Below, in pieces: positions 9,961-20,050 of a stretch of 64,000 bases of DNA. A model generated the notes under the pieces. That model made no database searches, was not told where the DNA came from, and saw nothing but the letters and a program-made list of their open reading frames with translations. The position numbers and the translations under genes were made by a program. The stretch lies in the NCBI GenBank assembly GCA_963755125.1, contig CAVWIP010000008.1, positions 416,001 through 480,000 of the forward strand, given 5' to 3'. The stretch is from an uncultured delta proteobacterium. Lineage in GTDB: Bacteria; Myxococcota_A; Polyangia; Fen-1088. Position 1 is the first letter of the stretch. Each line of letters starts with the position of its first letter.

Positions 9961-10307
9961 GACGTCACCTTGGAGTGAAACAGCCCTGGGCCGGTTTCTA
10001 TTCTACGACATGTCCGGGTGTCGTAGTGGTGCCCCACGTGCGATCGATCACGTGCTTCTGTTCTCCGGGGGACGGATTCGCTCGCCGACGGCGTGCTCGT
10101 CGTTGCCGAGGCCCAGAACCTCTCGCAGAAGAATGCGGACTACGTGCAGAAGCTCCGCGATATCGCATCACCCCAGGCCCGGATTTGGCGGCTCCAACTA
10201 GCACGGGGTCGCATATCGGTCCCGAAGGCCCAAGAAATCGGTCAAACGCGGGTCGCTCGGGCGACGTCACGATCCAGGGCACGTCGCCCTCGAACCAGGT
10301 GGAGTGC

Positions 10308-10895
10308 CTATCTCCACAAAGCACGCAGGTGCCCCGCGATGTCTACTCGGCTAGTGACTGCGGCATCGGACATTTCCTGCAAACGCTGTGTGGGCGCGAA
10401 CTGGTCGAAGTGGCCAAGCACGCTCTCAGGAAGAAACCGGCTGCGTGGAGTGTAGACATGGCGATCGCCGTGGCGGCTTTGCTGGCGGATGAAGAAGCGC
10501 AGCGGGTGGATCATGCACAGAGTGTTCTTGGCGCGGGTCATGGCTACGTAGAGCAGACGCCGCTCTTCCTCGATCTCGTCGGCGCGGCCAGTGGCTAGGT
10601 CGGATGGGATGCAACCGTCGGCCACACTGAGCACATAGACGGTGTCCCATTCCTGTCCCTTGGCGGAATGGATGGTCGACAGGATCAAGAAGTCCTCGTC
10701 GAGGTGAGGCGGGCCGGCCAGCGCGCCTGCACTCTCGGGTGGATCCAGGGTCAGGTCCGAGAGGAAGCGTTCGCGCGAGGGTGCAGCGTCGGCCAAGCGT
10801 TCGATCTGATCGAGATCCGCCAGGCGAGTGCGCGCGCTGTCATAGAGTCGTTCCAGATGCGGTTGGTAGAACCGGCGCACCCGGGCCAACTGCCC
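10308..10895 (-). pseudogene. UvrD/Rep-family helicase C-terminal fragment
   Basis: LSTIHSAKGQEW and EEERRLLYVAMTRAK (motifs V and VI); N-terminal helicase core absent. Confidence 0.85.
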
Positions 10896-11049
10896 GGCGA
10901 ACCGGCTGCGGCCAAGGCCCGGAAGGCCGTGTGCACGCCGAAAAACAAGAAGTCTCCATCCCGCGGGCGCTCGCCGAGGAGTCGCAGAGGTTCGTGCTGC
11001 GCAGTGAGGACCAATGATCTGGATTTGACAGCTTGGCCAGTTCCGATCA

Positions 11050-12774
11050 TTGATCGAGCGGAAACCTTCGCGGTATTTCCTCTTGGAATCGGTTCCTGCC
11101 AGCCACAACCCCGCAGCCACGGGTTCCAGCCTAGCCCCCGAGACATCTGACCACGCCTCTCATGGACAGGAGTGTTGGGTCACCGTGGTATTGGCGGTGC
11201 TGTTCGTGTCATGGGCGGCCCTCTTCATCAAGGGTACATCCATGGTGGATGCGAACGGCCACCGCTACTTCGCCCTGTACGATGACGCTATGATCTCGAT
11301 GCGCTACGCCTGGAACCTGACCCATGGACATGGGCTGGTTTTCAATCCCGGCGAGCGGGTCGAGGGCTACAGCAACCTGCGGTTGGTCTTGGTGATGACG
11401 GGCGCCACGGCGGTGTTCTCCAAGGCGTCCGCCACACTGTGCGTCCAGATCCTGGGCGTGGCCACCATGCTGGGTGTCGCGGCTGCCACCCGCAGCATTG
11501 CCTCGCTCGTCGCACAGGACGAGCCCGGCATACACCTACCCAGCGTGCGCGTGGTGGCATTGGCCAGCGTCCTGGCCTACTACCCGCTGGCATACTGGGC
11601 GTTGATGGGGATGGAAACAGCTCTGCTGACGCTGTTGCTGCTGGGGGGCGTTTACCACGTTCTGCGCTTCGAGTCCGATGAGCGGGGCCGGAGCCTGGTG
11701 CTGGCCGGCGGTTGTCTTGCGTTGGCATACCTAACCCGCAACGACAGCCTCGTCGTTTCGCTGGTGATGGGGGCCTACGCCCTGGTTCACATCGTCCGAC
11801 GTCGTCGGCTGGCCCAAAACGCCGGCCCCTTGGCGTTAGGCGCTGGCCTGCTGTTGGTCACCGTGGCTGGTCAGTGGTTGTGGCGCCGGGGCTATTACCA
11901 CTCCAATTGGCCCAATACATACACCCTCAGGATCCAGGGCGTGGGTCTCGTTTTCCGGGTGCTGGACGGCCTGCGCTTCATCCGCATGTTCCTTGTCGAG
12001 AGCATCGCGCTCTTGGCCCTGGCCGTCGGTGAACTCCTGTTCGGCGCTCGACGTCCGAAGCTGCTATTGGCGGTGCTTGCCCTGACTATTATTGTCTACC
12101 AGATTGAGATTGGGGGCGATTTCACCAGGTATTGGCGGTTCCTGTGTCCGGCCATCCCCTTCCTGTTCATCCTGGCGATCACGGGTGTCGCGGCTGTGGA
12201 AGCGGGCGTGGCGCGCACGTCAGCGTTCGCAGCATGTTTTCTACGGCGGCCCATGCTGGGGACGGCGAGCGTGCGCCTGTATCTGCTGGGCGTGTCCATG
12301 GGCCTGGTCCTGTACACGGTCGATTCTCGGTTCCTTCCCGAGATGACCTTCCATCAAGCCCCCGACACCATGGATGAAAACCTCGACGCCATCCGCGAGG
12401 CTCTGAGTTTGGACGAGATCCTGGCGCCCCAAGCCACCCTGGGCGTCTTCGCGGCGGGAGCGCTGTCCTACTACACGGGGCGAAGGTCCATCGACTTCCT
12501 CGGAAAGACAGATCCGCATATCGCGAGGTTGCCGCCGGACACCAGCGGGAAGGTCCATGCGTGGGGCATGAAGGGCGGACCGGCGCACAACAAGTACGAC
12601 CTCAACTACTCGATCCGCAAGTTGCAGCCGACTTATGTGGAGGGGTTCGCGTGGGGCAACCAGAACCTGTTCGACTGGGCGCCTTCGGCGTACGTCCAGG
12701 TCCCGTACAAGGGGCAGACCTTCTGGCTGCTGCGTGATTCCCCGTTGGTCTACTGGGACAAACTGGGAGGGTGA
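11050..12774 (+). CDS. Polytopic membrane protein, GT-C-like glycosyltransferase (AftB-like)
   Basis: DDAMISMRYAWNL..G.GLVFNPGERVEGYSN, GMET, GGD, IDFLG motifs; many TM segments; start uncertain. Confidence 0.75.
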   Translation: MIERKPSRYFLLESVPASHNPAATGSSLAPETSDHASHGQECWVTVVLAVLFVSWAALFIKGTSMVDANGHRYFALYDDAMISMRYAWNLTHGHGLVFNPGERVEGYSNLRLVLVMTGATAVFSKASATLCVQILGVATMLGVAAATRSIASLVAQDEPGIHLPSVRVVALASVLAYYPLAYWALMGMETALLTLLLLGGVYHVLRFESDERGRSLVLAGGCLALAYLTRNDSLVVSLVMGAYALVHIVRRRRLAQNAGPLALGAGLLLVTVAGQWLWRRGYYHSNWPNTYTLRIQGVGLVFRVLDGLRFIRMFLVESIALLALAVGELLFGARRPKLLLAVLALTIIVYQIEIGGDFTRYWRFLCPAIPFLFILAITGVAAVEAGVARTSAFAACFLRRPMLGTASVRLYLLGVSMGLVLYTVDSRFLPEMTFHQAPDTMDENLDAIREALSLDEILAPQATLGVFAAGALSYYTGRRSIDFLGKTDPHIARLPPDTSGKVHAWGMKGGPAHNKYDLNYSIRKLQPTYVEGFAWGNQNLFDWAPSAYVQVPYKGQTFWLLRDSPLVYWDKLGG

Positions 12775-12974
12775 GGCCATGGTGGCTGCCTCAACTCGTG
12801 CTACGAGACAGGCTACACGCGGGCTTTTTGCTATGCACTCTGACCCGAACCCTGCACGTCAGAGGCCTTTGCTGGGCGCAGAGGAGCCTGTGGAGAACAA
12901 GCCTTTCGGGTTGCGGAGGTGATGCGCTGGAACGCTTGAAGCCCTCCGTGAAACCCACATCGTGCTCAGCACAA

Positions 12975-13020
12975 GCGTGGTCGTAACCTGTGGCGCCAGT
13001 GGCTGTGACACCGACGGAAC
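12975..13020 (+). repeat. 46-bp exact copy of an internal piece of the lipoprotein gene (30719-30764)
   Basis: GCGTGGTCGTAACCTGTGGCGCCAGTGGCTGTGACACCGACGGAAC occurs at both positions. Confidence 0.9.
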
Positions 13021-13244
13021 AGCCGAGCGTGAAGATAGTGCCGTTGATGGCGTTCGCTGGGATAGATGCGGTCCAGCCCGCATCTGCGCCCGTTGCGTTC
13101 TTGATTGTCATCGGGCTGCTCACCCCGGCCGAGGCAGTCGCACCGCAAGGGATGGCACTGAACACTATCGAGGTCGGCGTCACGGTGATCGGTTCAGCCG
13201 TCGTCGCAGTGCCCTTCATGGTCGCACTGGCAACTGGCAACTCA

Positions 13245-13383
13245 TCAGGAGCCAGCCTGCCTCGGCGAATGACAATGGGGCAACTGGCAAGGTTGCCTGT
13301 CGCTCACGCCTCGGCGGGCTTCTGAACTATTACCAACGCAAGGCCGCATGAGGCTCGGCGACGAGTATTCGGACAGCACGGGG
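13245..13383 (+). pseudogene. 3' remnant and probable right end of a related integrase-core transposase
   Basis: Encodes GKVACRSRLGGLLNYYQRKAA*, followed by GACGAGTATTCGGACAGCACGGG end-like motif. Confidence 0.7.
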
Positions 13384-13387
13384 GTGG

Positions 13388-14383
13388 CTACTTGGAGCCG
13401 GTGCCGGCGGGTGCCGGACCGTCCTTGGTCGGAAGAACGGTGTTGATCCTGCCGTTCGCGTCGAACGTCAATTCGTCGATGCACACCGAGCGGCGGAAGG
13501 AGTTTCCATTCGACAGTTCGCTCGTGTGATAGAGGACATACCACTTGCCCTTGAACGGAACGACCGAGCCGTGTTGCGTGACGGAGGCGGCGTGCTCCAT
13601 CACTTTGCCGGCATAGGTGAACGGTCCCATCGGGTGATCGCCGATGGCATAGACCTGCGTGGCGGTGGATGCCCAGCCGTCGGAATACACGAAGTAGTAC
13701 TTCCCCGCCCGTTTGAAAACGAAGGGGGCCTCGCCGTAGCCTTCGGGCAAAACCGGGTCCTTGCCTGGCGCGGCCAAAGGGACCGGCTTTCCTTGCGCGT
13801 CCAGAAAGGCAACGGTCTGAAGCTCGCCAGCCAGCTCGGTGAGCGAGGGTTTGAGTTTCACGACCTTCGGCTGACGGCAACCAAAATACAGATAGGTTTG
13901 GCCGTCATCGTCCTGAAGCACGGCGGGATCGATTGGCTCCGGCCCCGCCTTCGTCGTCAGCGTGCCGTCGATGAGCGGCCTTCCGATGGCGTCCTTGAAC
14001 GGTCCTTCCGGTTTGTCGCCCACAGCCACGCCGATCTTGATGCGGTCCACGGGCAGGAAAAGGTAGTACTTGCCGCTCGCCTGCACGCAATCCGGTGCCC
14101 AAGCCCACCGGCTCGCCCACGCGAAATCCTTCACGCGAAAGATCGAGCCGTGATCTTTCCAGGTTTTCAAGTCGGTGGTTGAGAGCAAACGCCAGTCCAC
14201 CATGTCCCAGTAGGTGGCATCCGCCTCGTCGTGCGAGGTGTAGACGTAGAGCCGATCGCCAAAGACACGGCCGGTGGGGTCGGCGGTGTAGATGTTCTTG
14301 ACCAGCGGATTCGCGCCCCACGCGACAGTCGCGGCGAGTGAGCCGCAGAAAAGCAACGACAGACAGTATTTCAGGAATTTCAT
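13388..14383 (-). CDS. Glycoside hydrolase family 43, secreted
   Basis: Signal peptide; YTADP, WAPD, IDPAV and EAP catalytic-residue motifs. Confidence 0.9.
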   Translation of the reverse strand: MKFLKYCLSLLFCGSLAATVAWGANPLVKNIYTADPTGRVFGDRLYVYTSHDEADATYWDMVDWRLLSTTDLKTWKDHGSIFRVKDFAWASRWAWAPDCVQASGKYYLFLPVDRIKIGVAVGDKPEGPFKDAIGRPLIDGTLTTKAGPEPIDPAVLQDDDGQTYLYFGCRQPKVVKLKPSLTELAGELQTVAFLDAQGKPVPLAAPGKDPVLPEGYGEAPFVFKRAGKYYFVYSDGWASTATQVYAIGDHPMGPFTYAGKVMEHAASVTQHGSVVPFKGKWYVLYHTSELSNGNSFRRSVCIDELTFDANGRINTVLPTKDGPAPAGTGSK

Positions 14384-14629
14384 AATGGGCGATGAAGCGT
14401 AGCCAAGCGAAAGAAGCGAAGCAAGCGGCCTGCAGCGCCGCCTCGACGCACGACCCCAGCCTGCGTATTCACTCTTGGTCGAAGTCGTCGAGCGGCATCG
14501 ACGCTCTGCCCGACACGCTGGCCGCCGACGACTCCGCCTTGACCCATGGTCTACGACTTCGATGGCAACTCTTGGCCCCACTGCCCGACCATGACGTGGC
14601 GCTACTGGCCGTCACGCCCAAGTTTGGTA

Positions 14630-14905
14630 GACAGAACCCAGTAATCCTGACGCCATCGCCATCGATACCACCAGCGTCCGCTGGACAGACAGCTCCGCCG
14701 GCACGGTGATGGAGGTCGCGCTGGCGGGAGGCACCCCCAGCACCCTCGCCTCGGGTCAGCTTGCTCCTGCTGGCATCGCGGTCGATGCCGACTACGTCTA
14801 CTAGACTGACAACGGAAGCAACGGCAGCGGCAATGGCACGGTGATGAAGGTTGCGCTGGCAGGAGGTGCTCCCGTCACTCTCGCCTCCGGTCAGAATGTT
14901 CCCAA
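14630..14905 (+). pseudogene. Degenerate beta-propeller repeat fragment
   Basis: GTVMEVALAGGTPSTLASGQ..PAGIAVDADYVY*TD; TAG where Trp is expected. Confidence 0.55.
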
Positions 14906-15001
14906 AGCTGCTCCATGGCCAAGGCCATTGTCTCACGCGCGGCGCACCCGCGCCTACGGATCCTTGTGCCGTCGTCGTCCCGACTCCATGATCCATGCAG
15001 C

Positions 15002-15150
15002 ATGCGCCTGATCGCGCCCAGCGCTTTCAAGGGAACCATGAGCCCCTTGCAGGCTGCTCAGTTCCTCGGCAGCCCTCGCGACCGCCTGCTCCCGCTCAGC
15101 GATGGAGGCGACGGCTTCATAGAGTGTCTACAGCAAGAGTTGGGCTGCGA
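15002..15150 (+). pseudogene. Glycerate kinase N-terminal fragment
   Basis: IAPSAFKGTMS...PLSDGGDG motifs, then truncated. Confidence 0.65.
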
Positions 15151-15262
15151 ACTCAGTCATGCCAGCCAGTGTTGTGATTCGCGCCACACGAGCATCGCGA
15201 AGGTTACCGTCGCCACAAGCAACGCGATGGCCCAACCGCCAGGACCACTTTGCAGCCCTTGC

Positions 15263-18200
15263 TCATGGCTCCGCTCCCACCAGCAGCGCCGCGCTTTCGC
15301 CCGCCAGCCCCACTGTCGCCGGGCCTTCCGTGACTTCCTTGCGACGCCACAGGTAGTAAATCGCTGGATAGACCAGCAGCTCCATCGCGAAAGACGTGAC
15401 TAGGCCGCCGACCATGGGCGCGGCAATGCGCTTCATCAAATCCGCACCCGTGCCGGCGGACCACATGATGGGTAGGAGGCCAATAAAGGCAGCGCACACG
15501 GTCATTGCCTTGGGTCGCACGCGCTTGACCGCACCGTGAATGATTGCTTCGACCAGATCGTTGGTGGTGCGCAAGTGCCCGCGCGCCTTGGCCTCGTCGT
15601 GCGCCAGGTCGAGAAAGAGCAGCATGAAGACGCCGGTCTCGGCGTCCAGGCCCATTAGCGCGATCATGCCGACCCACACCGCGATCGAGACGTTGTAGCC
15701 GAGCAGATAGAGCAACCAGATGGCGCCGACGGCAGAAAAGGGGACGGCCAGCATGACCACGCCAGCCTTGAAGCTGGACTTGGTGTTCAGGTAGAGCAGT
15801 CCGAAGATGAGCACCAGGGTGACGGGCAGGATCAGCTTCAGCCTCTCCTTCACCCGCAGCATGTTCTCGTATTGCCCGCTCCATGACAGGGTATAGCCGG
15901 TGGGCGGCTTCACCCCGGCGGTCACTACCTGCTTGGCGCGCTCTACGTAGCGGCCTACGTCGATTTTCGAGGTATCGAAGTCGACGTACACGTAGCCCGA
16001 GAGCAACCCGTTCTCGTCGCGGATCATGGACGGCCCTTCGACCAGTTTGACCTCCGCGATCTCCGCCATCGGGATCTGGCCCTGGCCGCTTGGCAAAGGC
16101 AGCAGCACCCGCCCGAGCGCGTCGACGTCGTCACGGAAGTCGCGGGCGTAACGGACATTCACGCCATAGCGCTGGCGGCCTTCGATGGTGGTGGTCTGGT
16201 TGTCGCCGCCAACTGCCGTCATCACCATCATGTTGGCGTCGTCGATGGACAGGCCGTAGCGCGCAAGCCTGTCTCGATCGAGCACGAAGTCGAGGAAGTA
16301 CCCACCGGCGACACGTTCGGCAAACACGCTGCGAGTCTCGGGCATCTTCTGGATGGCGGACTCAACCTCCAGGCCCACCTTCTGGATCACGCCCAGGTCC
16401 GCACCGCTGATCTTGATTCCTATGGGCGTACGAATGCCGGTCGATAGCATGTCCAGACGGCCCTTGATGGGCATGGTCCAGGCGTTGCTGATCCCGGGCA
16501 GGCGCAAGGCCGCGTCCAACTCCGCAATCAGCTCGCTCTCGGTAATCCGATCGCGCCACGCGGTCCGCAACACGCGCTTGAGCCACTCCGGCGCCCAGCC
16601 CGAGTACCAACGCGGCTTCTCACGCCACTGCAACTCAGGCTTGAGCAGGATGGTGGTCTCCATCATTGTGAACGGCGCCGGATCGGTCGAAGTGCCGGCG
16701 CGGCCCGCCTTGCCGAAGACTCGGTCGATTTCCGAGAAGCCCATCAGGATCTTGTCCTGCACTTGCAGGGCCTTTTGGGCCTCAGCCACTGACATGCCCG
16801 GCTGCACAGCCGAGGGCATGTAGAGCAGCGAGCCCTCGCGAAGGGGTGGCATGAATTCCGAGCCAAGCTTGAAATAGATGGGCAAGGTCAGCGCGACGAC
16901 GGCTACGCTGGCGATCACCGTGGTCTTGGCGTGACGGACTACGAATCGGCATGGCCCTTCGTAAATGCGGTGCAAGAGGTGGCTGATGGGGTGCCGTTCC
17001 TCGGAGAAGTACTTGCCTACCACGATCTGGCTGGCCAACCAGGCGAGCGGTCGCGGCCTAAATCGGAAGGGCTCGATCCGCGCGAACAGCATGCGCATCG
17101 CCGGGTCCAGGGTGATGGCAAGGAGCGCAGCGATGGCCATGGCCAGGTTCTTCGAGTAGGCGAGCGGTTTGAATAGGCGCCCTTCCTGGTCGACCAGCGT
17201 GAATACCGGCATGAAGGCCACCGCGATGACCAGCAATGAGAAGAAGACCGATGGCCCCACTTCTATTAACGCGTCCAGGCGCACGTGATGGAAGTCGCCC
17301 TTCTTGCCGGCCGCTTGCCAGAGGTAGATTTTGTTGTAGGCGTTCTCCACTTCGACGATGGCGCCGTCCACCAGCACGCCAATCGAGATCGCGATCCCGG
17401 CCAGCGACATCAAATTCGCGCTCAGCCCCATCAAGTACATGGGGATGAAAGCCAGCACCACGCTGATCGGGATAGTCAGGATGGGCACGATGGCTGATGG
17501 GATGTGCCACAGGAAGAGCAGGATGATGAGCGAGACCACGATGATCTCCTCGATCAGCTTGTCGGTGACCGTGCTGATCGCGCGCCCGATGAGATCGGAG
17601 CGATCATAGATCGTGATCACCTCGATTCCCTCCGGCAGCGATGGCTTCAGCTCATCCAGCTTGGCCTTCACACGCTCGATCACGTGCAGGGCGTTTTCCC
17701 CTTGGCGCATAACCACGATGCCGCCCACCACGTCGCCTTGACCGTTGTAGTCGGCGATGCCCCGTCTCATCTCCGGACCGAGGGCCACGGTGGCGACATC
17801 CTTGACCGTGATCGGGGTGCCGTTCTCGGTCTTGAGCACCAGCTTCTCCAGATCGCCGAGCGACTTTACGTAGCCCCGGCCGCGCACCATGTACTCGCGG
17901 CCTGACAGTTCGACTAGGCGGCCGCCCACGTCGTTGTTCCCCTTGCGCACGGCCTCGATCACCGCCTCCAGTGGCAGATTGTAGGCCGCGAGAGCATCCG
18001 GCCGCACCGTCACCTGGTACTGGCGGACTTGACCACCCACGGTAGCTACCTCGGCGACGCCCGGCACGCTCTGCACAGCGTAGCGCATGAACCAGTCTTG
18101 ATGGCTGCGCAACTCATCGCTGGCGTGCTTGCCACTCCGGTCCACGAGAGCGTACTGGAAGACCCATCCCAGGCTGGTGGCGTCCGGACCGAGTTCGGTC

Positions 18201-18574
18201 TTCACGCCCGCAGGAAGCTGCGACGCGATCTTGGACAGGTATTCGAGAACTCGGGTGCGCGCCCAGTAGATGTCGGTGCCGTCCTCGAAGATGACGTAGA
18301 CGTAGCTAAAGCCAAAGTCAGAGTAGCCACGGATGGTCTTGACCTTGGGCGCACCCAGCAGAGCGGTGATGATCGGATAGGAGACCTGATCCTCGATGAT
18401 GTCTGGGCTGCGATCCCAGCGCGAGTACACGATGACCTGGGTGTCCGACAGGTCTGGCAGGGCATCGAGCGGGATGTTGCGCATGGTCCAGTACGCGATG
18501 GCGACTGCGACCAGCGTACCGGCAATGACCAGGTACTTGTTCTCGGCGGAGAAGCGGATGATCCGCTTGAGCAC
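15263..18574 (-). CDS. cusA: CusA-family heavy-metal RND efflux permease
   Basis: LDALPDLSDTQVIV, GSEFMPPL.EG, GAVKRVRPKAMT; 1103 aa. Confidence 0.95.
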   Translation of the reverse strand: MLKRIIRFSAENKYLVIAGTLVAVAIAYWTMRNIPLDALPDLSDTQVIVYSRWDRSPDIIEDQVSYPIITALLGAPKVKTIRGYSDFGFSYVYVIFEDGTDIYWARTRVLEYLSKIASQLPAGVKTELGPDATSLGWVFQYALVDRSGKHASDELRSHQDWFMRYAVQSVPGVAEVATVGGQVRQYQVTVRPDALAAYNLPLEAVIEAVRKGNNDVGGRLVELSGREYMVRGRGYVKSLGDLEKLVLKTENGTPITVKDVATVALGPEMRRGIADYNGQGDVVGGIVVMRQGENALHVIERVKAKLDELKPSLPEGIEVITIYDRSDLIGRAISTVTDKLIEEIIVVSLIILLFLWHIPSAIVPILTIPISVVLAFIPMYLMGLSANLMSLAGIAISIGVLVDGAIVEVENAYNKIYLWQAAGKKGDFHHVRLDALIEVGPSVFFSLLVIAVAFMPVFTLVDQEGRLFKPLAYSKNLAMAIAALLAITLDPAMRMLFARIEPFRFRPRPLAWLASQIVVGKYFSEERHPISHLLHRIYEGPCRFVVRHAKTTVIASVAVVALTLPIYFKLGSEFMPPLREGSLLYMPSAVQPGMSVAEAQKALQVQDKILMGFSEIDRVFGKAGRAGTSTDPAPFTMMETTILLKPELQWREKPRWYSGWAPEWLKRVLRTAWRDRITESELIAELDAALRLPGISNAWTMPIKGRLDMLSTGIRTPIGIKISGADLGVIQKVGLEVESAIQKMPETRSVFAERVAGGYFLDFVLDRDRLARYGLSIDDANMMVMTAVGGDNQTTTIEGRQRYGVNVRYARDFRDDVDALGRVLLPLPSGQGQIPMAEIAEVKLVEGPSMIRDENGLLSGYVYVDFDTSKIDVGRYVERAKQVVTAGVKPPTGYTLSWSGQYENMLRVKERLKLILPVTLVLIFGLLYLNTKSSFKAGVVMLAVPFSAVGAIWLLYLLGYNVSIAVWVGMIALMGLDAETGVFMLLFLDLAHDEAKARGHLRTTNDLVEAIIHGAVKRVRPKAMTVCAAFIGLLPIMWSAGTGADLMKRIAAPMVGGLVTSFAMELLVYPAIYYLWRRKEVTEGPATVGLAGESAALLVGAEP

Positions 18575-18576
18575 CG

Positions 18577-20037
18577 CTACTTGCCTCCGATGGCGGACAG
18601 CGAAGCGCGTAGCTGCGACTCGCTGTCGACGAGGAAGTTGGCTCGGGTGACGACCTCCTGGCCATCTTCGAGCCCGCTCGTCACCTCGACGTCGGCACCG
18701 CTCTTGTTCCCGAGCTGCACCACGCGCGGTTCGAACCTGCCTTCTCCGCGCGCCAGGAAGACCACGTCCCTGGTCCCGCTGCGAATCACGGCGTCAGCCG
18801 GGATGCGCAACCCCTCCTGGGCAGCGCCCTGCAACTCGACTTCGCCGTACATCTCAGGCTTCAGTTCTCGCTTCGGGTTGGCAAAGTGCAAATGCACCTT
18901 GAGGGTACGGGTCTTCGGGTCGAGCACGGGATCGATGAACGCCACCTGGCCCCAGAAGGAACGATTGGGATACGCGGGCAAGGTCAGCGTGGCCTTCATG
19001 CCCACCTGGATTCGGCCCAGGTCGCTCTCGTAGGCATCGGCCATCACCCACACCTCGCCCAGATCGGTGATCTCGTAAGGCGCCTCACCTGGATTGACCC
19101 GCGTCCCCTGGACCACGTTCTTCGTCGTGACCACGCCGGCGATGGGCGACACCATGGTAAGCGCCTTGGTCGGCTGTCGCGTGCGAGCAAGCCGCTCGAT
19201 CTCCGCTGCCGGCACGTCCCACAAGTCCAACCGCCGGCGCGCTGCCGCCACCAGGGTGTCGCCGTTGCCGGATAGGGTTCCACCCTTGGCCAGCGCCTCG
19301 CTGGTCTGCAACGCCAGCAAGTACTCGTTCTGCGCGGCCAGCAAGCTCGGACTATAGAGCGAAAACAGTGGCTGACCCTTGCGAACCGCTTGCCCTACGA
19401 AGTCGACGTAGATCCGCTCGACAAAGCCTTCGACCTTGACGTTGGTCTGGCGCACCCGCTTGGGGTCAACCTGCACCCGGGCGGGCGCGCGCCATGTCGC
19501 AGCGACAGATCCCTTGGTGACGGCGACCGTTCGCAGACCAATGAGCTGCTGTCGGGCTGGATCGATGCTGACCGTGGCCAGACCCTGGACTGGCGTCCCG
19601 CCCGCAAGCTCGTCATCGTAGACGGGCACGTAGTCCATGCCCATCTCATCCTTCCGCGGAACTGGCGAAGTCTGCTTCGGGTCCATGGGCGAACGGTAAA
19701 GGGCGATCTTCCTCGCGCCAGGCTTTGCGACCCCGCTGCCCTCACTCGCAGCCGATTCCCTTAGCACCAGCTTCATTCCACAAATTGGGCAATCCCCGGG
19801 TTGATCCGACGTAATGGCCGGATGCATGGGGCACTGGTACCGCGGAGTCGTTTTCGCCGCTGGCGCCGCGTGCGCACTCTCTGCCCTGTGCCCGCGCATG
19901 CTCAGCCACACCCCTGTCCCGCCGAGCACCGCGCCCGCCATGACCGCCGGGAGCGCCACCGCGATGAGATGTCGCGATGGCCGACGCGGTTTGGGAGTCG
20001 CCGGCAGTTCGGACCCCTGGATCTTATCCCCGCCCAT
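18577..20037 (-). CDS. cusB: CusB-family periplasmic adaptor with heavy-metal-binding domains
   Basis: YQCPMHP...PGDCPICGMKL, YRSPMDP...DEMGMDYVP, NFLVDSESQL. Confidence 0.9.
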   Translation of the reverse strand: MGGDKIQGSELPATPKPRRPSRHLIAVALPAVMAGAVLGGTGVWLSMRGHRAESAHAAPAAKTTPRYQCPMHPAITSDQPGDCPICGMKLVLRESAASEGSGVAKPGARKIALYRSPMDPKQTSPVPRKDEMGMDYVPVYDDELAGGTPVQGLATVSIDPARQQLIGLRTVAVTKGSVAATWRAPARVQVDPKRVRQTNVKVEGFVERIYVDFVGQAVRKGQPLFSLYSPSLLAAQNEYLLALQTSEALAKGGTLSGNGDTLVAAARRRLDLWDVPAAEIERLARTRQPTKALTMVSPIAGVVTTKNVVQGTRVNPGEAPYEITDLGEVWVMADAYESDLGRIQVGMKATLTLPAYPNRSFWGQVAFIDPVLDPKTRTLKVHLHFANPKRELKPEMYGEVELQGAAQEGLRIPADAVIRSGTRDVVFLARGEGRFEPRVVQLGNKSGADVEVTSGLEDGQEVVTRANFLVDSESQLRASLSAIGGK

Positions 20038-20050
20038 GGATTGCTCCGTT

